Shown in pieces: positions 40,921-53,000 of a stretch of 64,000 nt of DNA (within the stretch, counting starts at the first letter, position 1; each line of letters starts with the position of its first letter). Under the pieces are notes generated by a model. The model was not told the origin of the DNA. It saw only the letters and a list, made by a program, of their open reading frames with translations, and searched no databases. Made by a program: the position numbers and the translations under genes. This stretch comes from the human T2T-CHM13v2.0 reference genome, Homo sapiens, in NCBI RefSeq assembly GCF_009914755.1, contig NC_060931.1; one strand, written 5' to 3'.

Positions 40921-41273
40921 TTCATTTCCCCTTAAAATGAAAGGATTGTGTTAATTGTATTTTCATAACTAAAACAAAATGGATGACTGGTATGCATGTC
41001 ATTGGGGACACCCATTGCTTTGTTCATTGTAAAAGCAGGTGGACAGGACATGCTGTAGGTGATAACTGAAGGATGGCTTAGAACGGACTTGCAAATAGAC
41101 TCAAGAAACATTCAGCCTTGCACTTTTTCTTTTGCAATTACTATTAGCTTTTCCTGCCCTTAAATGTTGTCACAGAGGTTTCAGAGGCCAGTTAATTCTC
41201 CTTCCTCTTATGTGTTCTGAACAAGAATAAGAGAGGAATTTAAACATCAGCAGATTCAAATTAAGTAATCAGT

Positions 41274-41279
41274 TTTATT
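41274..41279 (-). terminator. Distal polyadenylation signal AATAAA of ELMO1
   Basis: tttatt on +. Downstream on the minus strand is U/GU-rich (gctgatgtttaaattcctctcttattcttgtt). Confidence 0.6.
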
Positions 41280-42551
41280 TTGAGTAATATGAATAGCAGA
41301 ATGCAACTTGGACTTCACGACAACATCAGTCTTCCTACTTTACTTCTGCCTTGGATTTGGCTGAGTTGCCCAGGCTTAGGAAACTGCAGGCAACAGGAGA
41401 TGAGTTGGAGGTGGTAGGCTCATTGCATGGGAAAAAAAGCCTTGGGCAGCCTGGAGAGAGAAGGTGAGGTGGCCAAATATGGGCAACAATCCTTCCCCAC
41501 ATGGTCACAAAATGAATGGAAACAGATGGCATACTCTTCAGATCTCACAGGTCCAAAGGAGGGTCTAGGGAGGAGCTGGAGAATGCTGCCTTTCATAGTC
41601 CTGAAAAGGTTTCTTTCTATTAAATGCACCAAAGCTGGAGTGCCAGAAGAGAGAGGGGCTGGATCTCCCCAACCAAGGTCACAGGACAGATACATTTCTT
41701 AAACCCAGTGTCTCAGGACCTCAGAGATCCTGGTCCAGAAAGTTCCCTTTTTCATGGATTGGATCTTGTAACCCATAAGAAAAAAATAATATGACTTTGT
41801 TTGCTGCCTTTGACCTAACACTTACTGTTTTATCATGATGATGGGTAGATTAATAACTGCTCCTGATAGCAAGTACATGTTAATAACATCGAAGCTTAAT
41901 GATCAAGGAATTAACAGCTTGACACAGGTGTGAGTGCTCTGATGGGAAGAAGGAACCCCTGTGAATGCAAAGGACATTTTTCCTGCAATGCATGCAGTGC
42001 TCTGGACCATATCATCTCAACCCAGGTCAATCTGTAATTGCACATCCTGATGACGGTAAAGAGAAATGACCTGGATGCTTCCACAGCTTGTGCTGTGAGG
42101 CCAGAGTGGCTGGTGCTATGCCACGCTTAATACTGCATGCTTGGACCCTTCTGACATCCCTCCCAGTGCTGGGAGTTTACAATCCTGATAATGCCTCCAG
42201 TGCAAATGACTTAAGAAACATCCTTCGCTGGGCTCTGACCTATAATTTATTAACCCACGGTTAGATTTATTTAGTTCTGGCTTATTTCAGGTCTGTGGGT
42301 ATGCATTCTTTTCATTGCTAAATGTGCTCCCTCAAAGTTGTGATGTCTTTAATTAGACCCATTCTATAAATTATATCATGGTAAGAAAGAAAAAAGAGAA
42401 AGTCATGGTCAAGAGACAGCAATGTAAAAGGAATTGATATTTTCATACAGTGGGTCTGATTTTCTGTGAGTCGAGATGGTCTTCTTAGAAGTAACATTCT
42501 CCACTGATGCTCAGAGCCTATGGTGACCTAGCAATGGTGGAGGGTTTCCCA

Positions 42552-42670
42552 CAGCAGTGTTTTTCAAACCAATGTACATAAACATCACCCAATTCAGCAG
42601 GTCTAGGGTGGAGCTGAAGAGCTGGCATCTCCAACAAGCTCCCAGGTGATGCTGATGACTGAGTAGCAAG
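42552..42670. mobile_element. MER5A fragment inside the long ELMO1 3'UTR
   Basis: cagtgtttttcaaac ... ttcagcaggtctagggtgg ... aacaagctcccaggtgatgctgatg. Confidence 0.7.
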
Positions 42671-42721
42671 AACCTAAGTTACTAAATCAAAACACCAGCT
42701 CCCCAAATCATCACAATCCAT

Positions 42722-42727
42722 TTTATT
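42722..42727 (-). terminator. Proximal polyadenylation signal AATAAA of ELMO1
   Basis: tttatt on +. On the minus strand it is followed by GU-rich sequence (tggattgtgatgatttgggg...gtgttttg) and preceded by U-rich sequence. Confidence 0.8.
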
Positions 42728-43897
42728 CCACAGCATGTTTAAGGGAATGTTATTTTCAGGAAGATGTTTGGGATTAAAATAATTAAAAAAAAACTGGAAA
42801 TTCACACATTTATGTATCTCTTCTTTTCATTAAATATATATCTGTTTGGCAAAAAATGTTAGACTCTTTTGTACAAAAACAAAGCAAAAAAAAAAAAAAA
42901 AACTAACCCAAAACTCTTGCAAATTGTAAATACCAGTAATAATTACAATGATGTAAACTTGGATGTCTGACAGCTTGACCATCCTGTGGAACTTGAGTTG
43001 CAGCAGGACCTCCCAGGAGAAGGTAACACCAAACGCTTGGATAGCAACAGTCCGTCCTAGAGGCATTTAGGTTTAGTCTATTAGAGATGGAGCGAGACTA
43101 CTGATTTCACCATTTGTGCTTTCAGCTAAGAGGCTGGGAGCGTGGGTGGAAATGAAGAAGGCAGTTCTGGCCTGGGGCAGGGAGAGGAAACCCCAGACTA
43201 GCTGGTGAGGAGGGAAGATTTGTCACGATCACAGTGCAGACGCAAAGTGGGCATGGGACCTGTGGACTGTTTGGGAAATTTATGCTAGGGAGGATCACGA
43301 GGAGGCTGCGGCTGCTGCTCTTGGGACCAAAGAGGAACAGAGCAAGGCAAAAGCAGGGAGAGAGGTGGGAGGAGATTTGAGCGCAGATCTTAATTCAAGT
43401 GTAACTGGTGGTGCGAGATGATTCTAGAGAGAGGGGAAAGGAGGATGTGGGGTTTGGTCTTCTCATCAAATAGCTAGGCCATTTCCTCCAGACAGGGGCC
43501 TTGGGGCACTGCCCTTGGTCTGGTGGGCAAGTTTTTGGGCAGTCTGGGGCTGCTGGCTTTCCTGCCCAAGGGAAGGAAGGGCATGCCTGCAGAGGGCTAG
43601 GATGGAAGGGCCCTTTGGCCTTCTTACTGGCAGTGGGCTTTGCTCTTGTCCCACCAGTGGACTGCAGCCATGGGAAGTGACCTGAAGCAGTGGAGCCGAG
43701 GAACAGAATCAGGGCGGTGAGCAAGATGCCAGCTAGGGGCTGAAAGTTGCCAGGGCTAGAGGTGATGCTGAAGGGAATGTGGACCCACAGCTTCCCTTTA
43801 CCAAAGGACGGTTCCAAGGCGTGGGTGTGTTTTCATTCCTCTCTCCTGTTAGCTAGGTGTTCCAGTTTTGGAAGGGGCATGTCTGGGCCCGGCCACT

Positions 43898-44098
43898 TCA
43901 GTTACAGTCATAGACGAAGTCATAGTTGCTGGGCTCCTTGGGAATCGGCGGAGGTGCGTCAGGGATCTGGATGTTTTCCAGGTCCAGGAGGCGGAGCTTG
44001 ATTTCCATGCTGAGCAGGGTGTCCAGGTCATTCCGCGTCAGGTCGCTCATCATGTCCTTCCCGAGTAGCGCATTCAGTCCATCTGTCCAGATACAGTA
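43898..44098 (-). CDS. ELMO1: ELMO1 last coding exon: [66 protein letters not shown] (end of PH domain, autoregulatory helix region, PxxP motif, C-terminal tyrosines)
   Basis: Acceptor ...cccttcctgccag, then 66 codons and TGA (tca at 43898-43900 on +). The ending ...FVYDCN identifies ELMO1 rather than ELMO2/3. Confidence 0.97.
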   Translation of the reverse strand, partial: YCIWTDGLNALLGKDMMSDLTRNDLDTLLSMEIKLRLLDLENIQIPDAPPPIPKEPSNYDFVYDCN

Positions 44099-44164
44099 CT
44101 GGCAGGAAGGGAGGCAACAGCGATCATTACTGGTGGCAATTACAGAAGTATTAATAGTAAAAAT

Positions 44165-44378
44165 AGCTAACAGTGAATACTCATCCCTCAGTAGGCTGTG
44201 CGCTAAGGGCTCTGCCTACTTCGTCATTTCATATTTGGCGACATCTCAATATAAAGTCGATACTTCTGTTATCTCTGTTTTATAGGTGAAGGAACTGAGG
44301 TACAGAGAAGTGACTCAGTATTATGTAGACCGGGTGGGATTTGAACCCAGGCAATCTGACTCCAGTGCCTGTGCTCTT
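44165..44378. mobile_element. MIR SINE just upstream of the last ELMO1 exon
   Basis: ttttataggtgaaggaactgaggtacagaga ... ggatttgaacccaggcaatctgactccag. Confidence 0.75.
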
Positions 44379-45899
44379 CTTTGCAAAGAATGCTTCTCTG
44401 TAACAGCTGAGGATTGGAGTTCTCCATGACTTGCAATGTAACACCTAGGTGGGAGTCTATGACTTTTAGGTACTGGTGGAATCTACCGAACAGCCCTGGA
44501 CTCAACATCAGGTGAAGCAGGTTTCTTTGCTGACTCCAGTCATGGCTCCTAGTCTAGTAGCTCATCTCGGCCTGTCCTGTCTGATCCTAGCATCCACAAT
44601 GACAGCCCTGTCCCACCCTGGAGCCAATGGCCAATGGCAGTCCCACCTTGGTGTTTCTCAGCTAAAGGGCTAGGAAATAGGCTTATGCTGCCCAGTGTCT
44701 GGCAGCCAAAATGGTTAAAATTATTGGGCAATCTTAATGGGAGGAGGGTTGGCTGCCTGTCTGGGGACCTCTTTAGCCTTTGTCTCTAGTTCCTAAGGTT
44801 TCTTTTCACCAGGTCTCTGGGGCCTCATACTTGGGGATATTATCTGTTTTGGAAAGCCCTTCACAGTACCCAACTAAGAGTCTGATTCTTCTCCTTTCAT
44901 AGCCTTTTGTCTCTCCAGGAGACTATGATCTCTGTGAGGGAGAAGGAAGAACTGTGCCTTGTCTGAGGACCTGCTTTTCTCTTCTTAGCTTCCCCTCCCA
45001 GAGGCTGGAGTTCTGTACTGACATGGACAGAGAACCATGACACCTGGTGAAAGAGGCACCCCTGATGCCAGCATCTCAGAAAGCTGCTTGGCATTCTGGA
45101 TGCTGGGCTCCACTCATGCACTGGAGTTTAGGTTTCTAGTAGTCCTATATAGGATTCTATAACAGCAATTGTTCTCCTCTTCTGTTGAAGTGGTCTTCCT
45201 TCTACCATGCACTCCAGATTCCCAACTTTTCTGCCTCACTAGTTCAAGCGGCAATTCCAGACCCTCTTTAACCTACTTTGGCACTGTGGTTATCTGGACT
45301 GTATTCCATGGTAGCAGATCTCAACGTAAAAGTAACCAAAGTATACTGCAAGCACTATATAAATCTCCAGTCACCATGATGTGATGGAAATCTTCCGTGA
45401 TGCACATCAGCGGTCCTCCTTTTTAAGCTGAGGAGATGCACAATGGGTGTATTATGAGATCTGTGTTTCAGGAGGGCAGCATTGATTTGGAGGGCTTTGG
45501 TTCTACCTTGGCTATGTGATCTCAGCCAAAGCATTTAACCCATCGAAACATCAATTTAGTGTTAAGGGATTTCCGGAAGAATTAGTGTCCTCATGATCTG
45601 ATTCTGAACATGTCTAACCATCAATTTCTTCATAAATAACCTTGACAGAAGTAGACACCTAGCTCCTACCTTGGAGATCCTGATCATGTAGCTCTAGGGT
45701 GAGGAGACTTTGCTTCCTAGAAAACTCTAACGAACACGCAGGTACGGGTGCCACTGAACTCTACATTCTCAAAGGCCCCTTCCAGCTTTCATGCTGTTTC
45801 ATGGTAAATCCCCAAGTCCTGGGGATTACTGTTCTTTTCACACAGCCTTCCCAGGCCTGGCTAGCTTCCTAGTATAGATTAGTTTAACCCACAGGAACA

Positions 45900-47870
45900 C
45901 TTCTGCAGCACGTTTCTTTTTAGAAACAACAGGCACAGAAAATTTTATGTGAAAGTACATCGACCAATAAATAAAAACCCTGTAGTACTGATACTGAATT
46001 TGAGTTGGAACTATCAGTATCAATTCATTAGTTTATCTTAAAAGAAAACCACCTAGCTCTGTCCCCAAAAAGGGCTAAAAAATAATGACCAACCAAGAAC
46101 CACTGCATCGTGGTGTGCAATGACCATAAACACAACTCATGCTTAGATTCTGGTCACTAAATATCATTTCCCACTACAAGTAATCAAGGCTTCACAGAGA
46201 AAAGGCAGGAAACATAAAGATAAACCTGGAACACTCCATCATACCAGAATGCCAGAAAGTTATCAAAGACGTAAGGGGTCCTCCCAATAGGACTCAGATG
46301 CCAACCCAATGGTGTTCCTACTTGTTCCAGACAGGATAACTTAGAAACTAATAACGACAGTAACTGCAACATATTGAGACACAATTCTGTTTAAAAGCAT
46401 GATTTCCTACTCAACCCCTGCCCCCAAATGCCTCATTGTTCTTCTTTGAAAGATGCTTACTATTTTGAAAACTGGTAAAGAGAATCAAGTATTTATCCTG
46501 CCTACCATATGTAAATTGTATAACTTTAGGATAACCAAATAGTTGATGAGGCCAGTTTCTCTTTATATATCCCTCTAATAAAGAAGGAATAATAAAATTA
46601 GGATATCAACCTTTTGCAACCTCTAATGGTTCCAAGGATCCAGACAACGATCATTGTTGGCTGCTAATATCCAAGAAAGGGGAGCAAGAAGTCACCATGA
46701 AAGTACAAACACCACTGCTGCTGCTTAGAAAGGGAGCCTGAATTTGATTAATCCTTTAACTACAATTCACAAGACATACAGGGGACCGATGAATATATGA
46801 ATTATATTGCAGATTGCGGTGGGAAAAATAATACCCGCCTTCCAAAGACACCCACATCCTACTCCCTGGATCCTGTGAATATGTCAGGTTCCATGGAAAA
46901 GGGACTTAAGGTTGCTATCCGCTGACCTTAAAACAGAGATTATCTTGGATTATCCAAGCAGGCCCAATGTAATCCCAAAGGTCCTTAAAAGTGAGAGAAG
47001 GAAACAGAAGAAGAGTCAGAGTCAGAGTCAGAGAAGTGAGAGGTAGAGGGAGATCTGAGTACGAAAGAGGAGGCTGAAGTGAGGTGATGAAAAGGTTCAA
47101 CCAGCCATTGCAATGGATGGAGGCCAAGGAGTGCAGGTGGACTCTTGAGTGAAAAAGACAAGGGAAAATTCTTCCCTAGAGCCTCCAGAAAGGAACACAG
47201 CCCTGCTGATACCTTGATTTTAGCCCAGGATACTCACATTTGACTTCTGAAGTCCAGAATTCGAAGATAATAAATTTGTGTTCTTTAACACTAAGTTTGT
47301 GGCAGTTTGTTACAATAGCAACAGTAAGCTAATACATAAAGTTATAACCAGCACAGTCTAGACTATTAACATTACAGGTCTAATGACCTGTTTTTCCCAA
47401 TAAATAAATTTCAAGGAAAAAAGGCACATGCTCATGATTGTGAGAGACAGAGAGAGAGAAAGAGAAACCTGTAGATTCAGAGAAACCTAGGAAACATGTC
47501 AACCAACTGCAATGCATGGATCTTATTTGCATTCTGACTTGAACAAAGTATGAAAGAAAAAAACACAAATGAGACAATTAGAGACATCTGAAAACTGACT
47601 GCACATGGTTTAATAAATAAATACCACATTATTAATTTATTTAAGTGTGATCAGGGTATTGCAGTTATGGTTTTAAATTGAGTCTTTATTGTTGGGAAAT
47701 GCATACAGGAACATTTATACATAAAATGATATCCAGATTTGCTTCAAAATAATCAGGGGTGGCAGCTGGGTGATGGTGGAAGAGTGGATGGGAGCACAGG
47801 TGAACCAGATTGGCCATGAGTTGGTGATTGTAGAAACTGAGTGATGGGCCTGCCAGGAATGTGCGAGCTC
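45900..47870 (+). mobile_element. L1MC-type 3' end interrupted by an MLT1D-like LTR (~46812-47336)
   Basis: L1MC 3' phrases (ccaactgcaatgcatggatcttatttg, gatttgcttcaaaataatc). MLT1D phrases (gattatcttggattatcc, ccctagagcctccagaaaggaacacagccctgctgataccttgattttagccc). Confidence 0.75.
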
Positions 47871-47899
47871 AGTGTCTGCTCTTTCTCTTCCTAGCTCCA

Positions 47900-48120
47900 C
47901 AGTGCAGGGGTTAAGTGTAGGGCTTCTGGAGCAAGACTGCCAGTGTTTAAATTCCAGCTCTGTCCTCTTACTACTTGTGTGACCCTGGACACGTTTCTTA
48001 AGCTCTCTTGCCTCATTTCCCTCTTTTAAATGGGGATTCTTTTAGAGTTATATGAGGGTTAACTGGGGTGAAATATACATATAAAGCATTAATGGTGCCT
48101 GGCAGAGAGTAAGCCAGGGT
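47900..48120. mobile_element. MIR SINE
   Basis: aattccagctctgtcctcttactacttgtgtgaccctggac...cctcatttccctcttttaaatgggg. Confidence 0.7.
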
Positions 48121-48131
48121 CGTTATACTTA

Positions 48132-48640
48132 CAGTTGACCCTTGAACAACATGGGTTTTAACTGTGTGGGTCACTTATACATGGATTTTTTTCTTCAATA
48201 AAACTTATACCAAGTGTGCCTGTCTCTCCTGCTTCCCCTTCCACCTCTTCCACCTCTCTAGCCTCTGCCACCCCTGAGACCTCAAGACCAACCCGTCCTC
48301 TTCCTTCTCCCTCATCCTACTCAATGTGAAGACAATGAGGATGAAGACTTTTATGATGATTCTCTTCCACTTAATGAATAGTAAACATATTTTCTCTTCC
48401 TTATGACTTTCTTAACATTTTCTTTTCCCTAGCTTACCTTATTGGAAGAATACAGTATAAAATCCACATAACATACAAAATGTGTGTGAATCAACTGCTT
48501 ATGCTATGGGGAAGGCTTCTTTCTGGTCAACAGTAGGCTACTGACAGTTAAGTTTTTGGGGAGTCAAAAGTTATGGGCAGATTTTCAACTGTGTGGGGGG
48601 TTTGGTGCCCATAACCCCCATGCTATTCAAGGGCCAACTG
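48132..48640 (+). mobile_element. Tigger2a/MER28-like element
   Basis: TIR cagttgacccttgaacaacatgggttt ... attcaagggccaactg. Confidence 0.87.
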
Positions 48641-50005
48641 TGTTAACCTTTCTATTGTTGAGGTATTCAGTTCTGGGAGGTCTCTCCGTGCTCATTTGAT
48701 AAATGAGAATGTCTGTAATAGAACTTTCTATTGTATGGAATAATTATGGAAATAAAATGAGGTAATAGAAGGAAAGTGGTCTGAAGTAATTAAAAGTGTT
48801 CACAAGCATATGGCATTTTTCTCTTCATTGTATCTATAAGAAGTGGCAGATATGAATAAAAATCTGGCAGTCCCAGAGCATTTATCCTGATCTGGAATTA
48901 ATGTACACTGGGGAAAACAGCCTTGCAGAGATTTAAATAACATCCAAAGTTCTACTATTTTAAGTAGTTTTGTACACAGCTCTATACATCTTGAATATGG
49001 TGGCCTGTGTAGAACCACAATTTTATTTAAAAACAGAAACAGTAGAACACAGTATCTATTTTCAGAAAGATGAAGACAAAGTCTTACCCTTCAGCAAACT
49101 AAATGTCAAGTGACACAGAATTATATTTAAGCACCGTTCTAAATGCAGGATTTGTGTCTAATCTTTCCTCTCTCTTTGGGATATACAATTTTATTCAAAA
49201 GCTTCAAACCAGTGAAAACTAGATACTGAATAACTTCTAAATGAGCTAAATGTCCTAGGGGAAATGGGGAACAAAAGTCAGATTCTATTAAAATGTTCTC
49301 TTCCTTTCTAAAGCTGTTTATGCAACCACACGCAAAACAAAAATTTGAATGGTATCATCTAAAAATAAAAGTTTCAAGCATGATGTTGGGTTCCAGTTTA
49401 TAAAAGAAAGTTAAATCAGCCATAACTGCTACTTTATCTTACAAATGCATTTTCCTAGATTTATGCTAAATATTTTAAATATAGCTGACAGCGTGCTACA
49501 AGAAGAGAAACAAATTATACATATAACAAGATGTCAGAAAGGAATAAAAGCATCTCGAAAATAAAATCCCAACAGCAGAGACAGCCCTAAACCTCTTAAA
49601 ATAGCTTAAAGAAATTTGGTAGAAAACCTACTTCCTCAGATGTTTTAAAGAAGAGAGACCAGTTTATCTTGGGAAAATCCAGACCAAAAACGAAAAATTC
49701 AATGAAAACCAAAGCTGTAACCAGGGCCGCTTCTTTCTCTGGATTAACAAGTATACCTTTGCTGCATTTGAGGCCTTTTACATCCTTTTTCTTTACCATG
49801 AACTATCAATCAAGCTACTAAGAAGTTGAATCTGTTGCAACGGGCAGTTTGTCAAGAGGTTTCTATTCTCCTCCAAGTCAGCAAGATGCCCCTTGGTTCA
49901 TCATTTTTTCAGGCAGGTCTATTTTTCTTAAGTAAAATTTCTTTCTATATTTTTCTTGAGAAAAGATAACATTATCTCATAAATTATCACCCCCGAGACC
50001 CTTAC

Positions 50006-50083
50006 CTCATGCTTGTCAGGAGCGATGAAGTTCAGTTGGCAGTTTGAGTCATACAAGATGGAGAAAGCGAGTTCAAGCACCTC
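50006..50083 (-). CDS. ELMO1: ELMO1 penultimate coding exon (78 nt): EVLELAFSILYDSNCQLNFIAPDKHE
   Basis: Acceptor ...tctcatctcttgtag, donor gtaag, phase 0/0. The translation continues the previous exon in frame. Confidence 0.97.
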
Positions 50084-53000
50084 CTACAAGAGATGAGAGA
50101 AAACAGCACCTTAAGGAAAATCGGCACATTTCATTTTGCAGTTGCAAATGGCTGCACATTGACCATGGCATAGGGCCAGCTTGTCTAGCCAAGCGGAGCT
50201 GCAATGAGGCTGATGGAAGGAGGAACCATGCTCTTCAAGGTTCACGGCATGATTCCTTCTCTCCATTCACGGCGGTCTGTGAACTATCTCATTTAATTCG
50301 CATGCAGCCCATGTAGCAAGTGTTTTCATCTCCTTTATGAGGTGGGGCTTAGAGAGGCTCAATGAGTGTCCAAGGTGACAGCACCGCCTGCCTCCTCGCC
50401 CGCCACCAAAACTGTGTTATTCTCCTTTCTTCAGCATCTCCCTTCCAGAGAGGCCACAAAAACAAACAAACAAACAAACAAACAAAAACCCAGTAAACTC
50501 CCAATCAACAGGATTAAGGACTGCCCTTCCTTCTATCATCCTAAGAAAGACAGAGAGGCCCACAGAGGTATGAATTCCCTAAAATGTGGACGCTATGCCA
50601 GCTTTAAGGAGGCTGCTAGGTGAACCCATTATCTTTATATCTGTCCTTTGACCTTTAAGCTACTGTACAGCAAAGGCTACACAAAGCTTAGGTCTTACCC
50701 AGCAGAGACTGCAAGGTATAATCGAGAAGCACGGGCTTACTCATTGGTGAAAACCTACGGAGTGCACGCAATGAGCCAGGCCCAGAAGTCTAGGAACCAA
50801 GTGACATTTTTCATTTCATTGCAGGTGAATGACCAATGACCAAGGCACTCAGTGCCATGTCTAATATGTACATTAAGCCACACTTCTCAAACTGTACATG
50901 CTGTACCAATACTGGGTAAGACGATCATTCTAGTGGTCTGAGCGGTCAGCAGAAGATGAGAGTCATCAGCTCTTCTCAGCATCCTGAGGACTCCTAGTCT
51001 GGAAGAGAAGAGCCAAGTGTATCCAAACCAACGCTCTACACTGTTCCAGCATGGAGGTTCCAGTGTGCCTTCCTTCTCTGTGCTTCTATTAGGCACCAGT
51101 GATGACCATCCCTCTCCCCTCCTGTGATCTGTGAGCCACACTGCTCAGTAATTGCCCACAAAACATTCTTTCTTAGGGAGCCAATCTCTTCACATCATTC
51201 TCTACCTTAATATCTGTTAGAGGGTTTGTCTTTGGCCTGTGACTCACAGCAAAAATGCCCCAGAAAGATAAAAGGCAAAAAGATGAGGTCAGTGCCTACA
51301 GATTTCAGAATTTCAGACGGATTAAAGAATTATTCCAAAGTGGCTGCATCCCTGTCCTGACACAGTCCATCATCTAACTATTTCTGGCTCTCATGGAGTT
51401 CTCAGTGTCTGGTTCACCTCCAGCTGTCCCTCATTGAGAGGGGGCAGGTCTTGTTCTGAGGATAGATCTACCAGCGTCTCACACTCAAAAGGTCTCCTCA
51501 CCTTGACAGAAATAGAAACAAGCGAAGGAAAGAATGCTGAGTCGTGGAATGGGAGCTATTCTGCAAAAATGCTCTCCTCATTTTCTATTCTTCTTTAGGC
51601 CCTGACTCAGGCCTACCCAGTAAAGACAATAATGTAAAAAGGAAGGGCGCCGAAACAAGCAAACAAACAAAAACAATTTGCCATTAAGTATAGCATCTGT
51701 TCCCATAACCATCTCTCTTGGGCCTTTTAATTTACAATTAAAATAGTCACAGACTTACTATTAGTACTATAAATTCATATCATTCTTTTTAAAAAAAAAT
51801 CAATATGAAAATACATATCAAGAACCAGAGATGCTATGCCTGAGATAATTTCAAAAGAAAAATTCAAAAGAAAGCAAAAGCCAAATATTATTATCTGAAA
51901 GAACATTATGAGAAACTAACCTCTCCCTCTTTTGGGTAATAAAGAAATCATAAATTAGCCACCAAGGGAAATGTATTTGGCCATTCAGTAAGATAATTAT
52001 AGGGAGCCAAAGTTAAGTGGAGAAAAGCACGAGACATGAACACCATGTACACACTGATCACAATTATGAACAATTCCTACTTGTGGACAGAGACTGGAAA
52101 GAAATATGGGAAATGAAAATAATTATGGTAAGGTGATAGGTCATAGGTCATTATCTCTTCTTACAACTTTTTTTTCAACAAAATGCTAAGCTATAATTTC
52201 AAAAATTCATACAAATTGTACTCAGATTTGGCATGTTCATTAAAATGATGATTTCTTTACTAATCTTAGAGTCATTTATTAGGAAAACTCTCTGACTCAT
52301 GCTTGAGAGATTGAAGAAAGAAAAAGGAGGGAGTGAGCTTTGCTTCTGAACAACCAGTCAGGATATTACAGTGGCGTGAGGGGGCCCTTGGAGGTAAACA
52401 GGAAAAGGTAAAGTTCATCCAGGCCCCTTTGGGCTGACCCTGGGTGACAAGTGCCTGACTGCTCAGGGAAATCACGTGGCTGATCACCCCTTGCTGACAA
52501 GAGCCGGTGTGAACAGCACTGCAGCCCAGATGTGCTCCGGACAGGGTGCTGAAGTCACTTGAGACCACAGTGTCAGCGTGGTTATTGCTGTGATACTTTC
52601 TCTTCTGCAGGGGGATGGAGAAGGAAGGAAAAGGAGCAGGCAAACTTTCAGCTTTGCCCTTCTATGACATATACCACTCACGACATGAATGATCAGAACT
52701 GTCATGACCTAGATTCCTGATAAACACAGGCAGGAAATGGGAAATTCGTGAGAATGTCAATTCCCACTTTAATTTCACCAAAGCTGCCTGGGAGGGGGTG
52801 GGAGGAATTAATTCTCTGAGCTGCATGTCTGTGTTAAAGGGTGTTATCGCTTGTAATGGGTTTTATTGATGTCTCTGGCTTGCTGTTGTTGAGTCATTGG
52901 TGAAGGTCAGCTCTTCAGCACTTGGAGCGGGGAGGCTGCAGAGCCAGGAGCAATAGCACCTCTCAGGCTAATACTCCAGAAACTGCCACCTGTCCACACT

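Larger units (their letters stand above)
41253..43897 (-). other. ELMO1: ELMO1 3'UTR (short form ends near 42700, long form near 41255)
   Basis: Follows the stop codon, is largely repeat-free and has U-rich tracts. AATAAA on the minus strand at 42722-42727 and 41274-41279. End points are inferred as ~20 nt past each signal. Confidence 0.75.

Noticed and set aside
43395-44285. Several ORFs overlapping the last ELMO1 exon and 3'UTR
   Set aside because: Alternative-frame or antisense shadows of a GC-rich exon; no recognisable protein.
38415-48640. Similar sequences at 38415-38835 and 48132-48640, which looked like a local duplication
   Set aside because: Both are independent Tigger2a/MER28-type copies with unrelated flanks.
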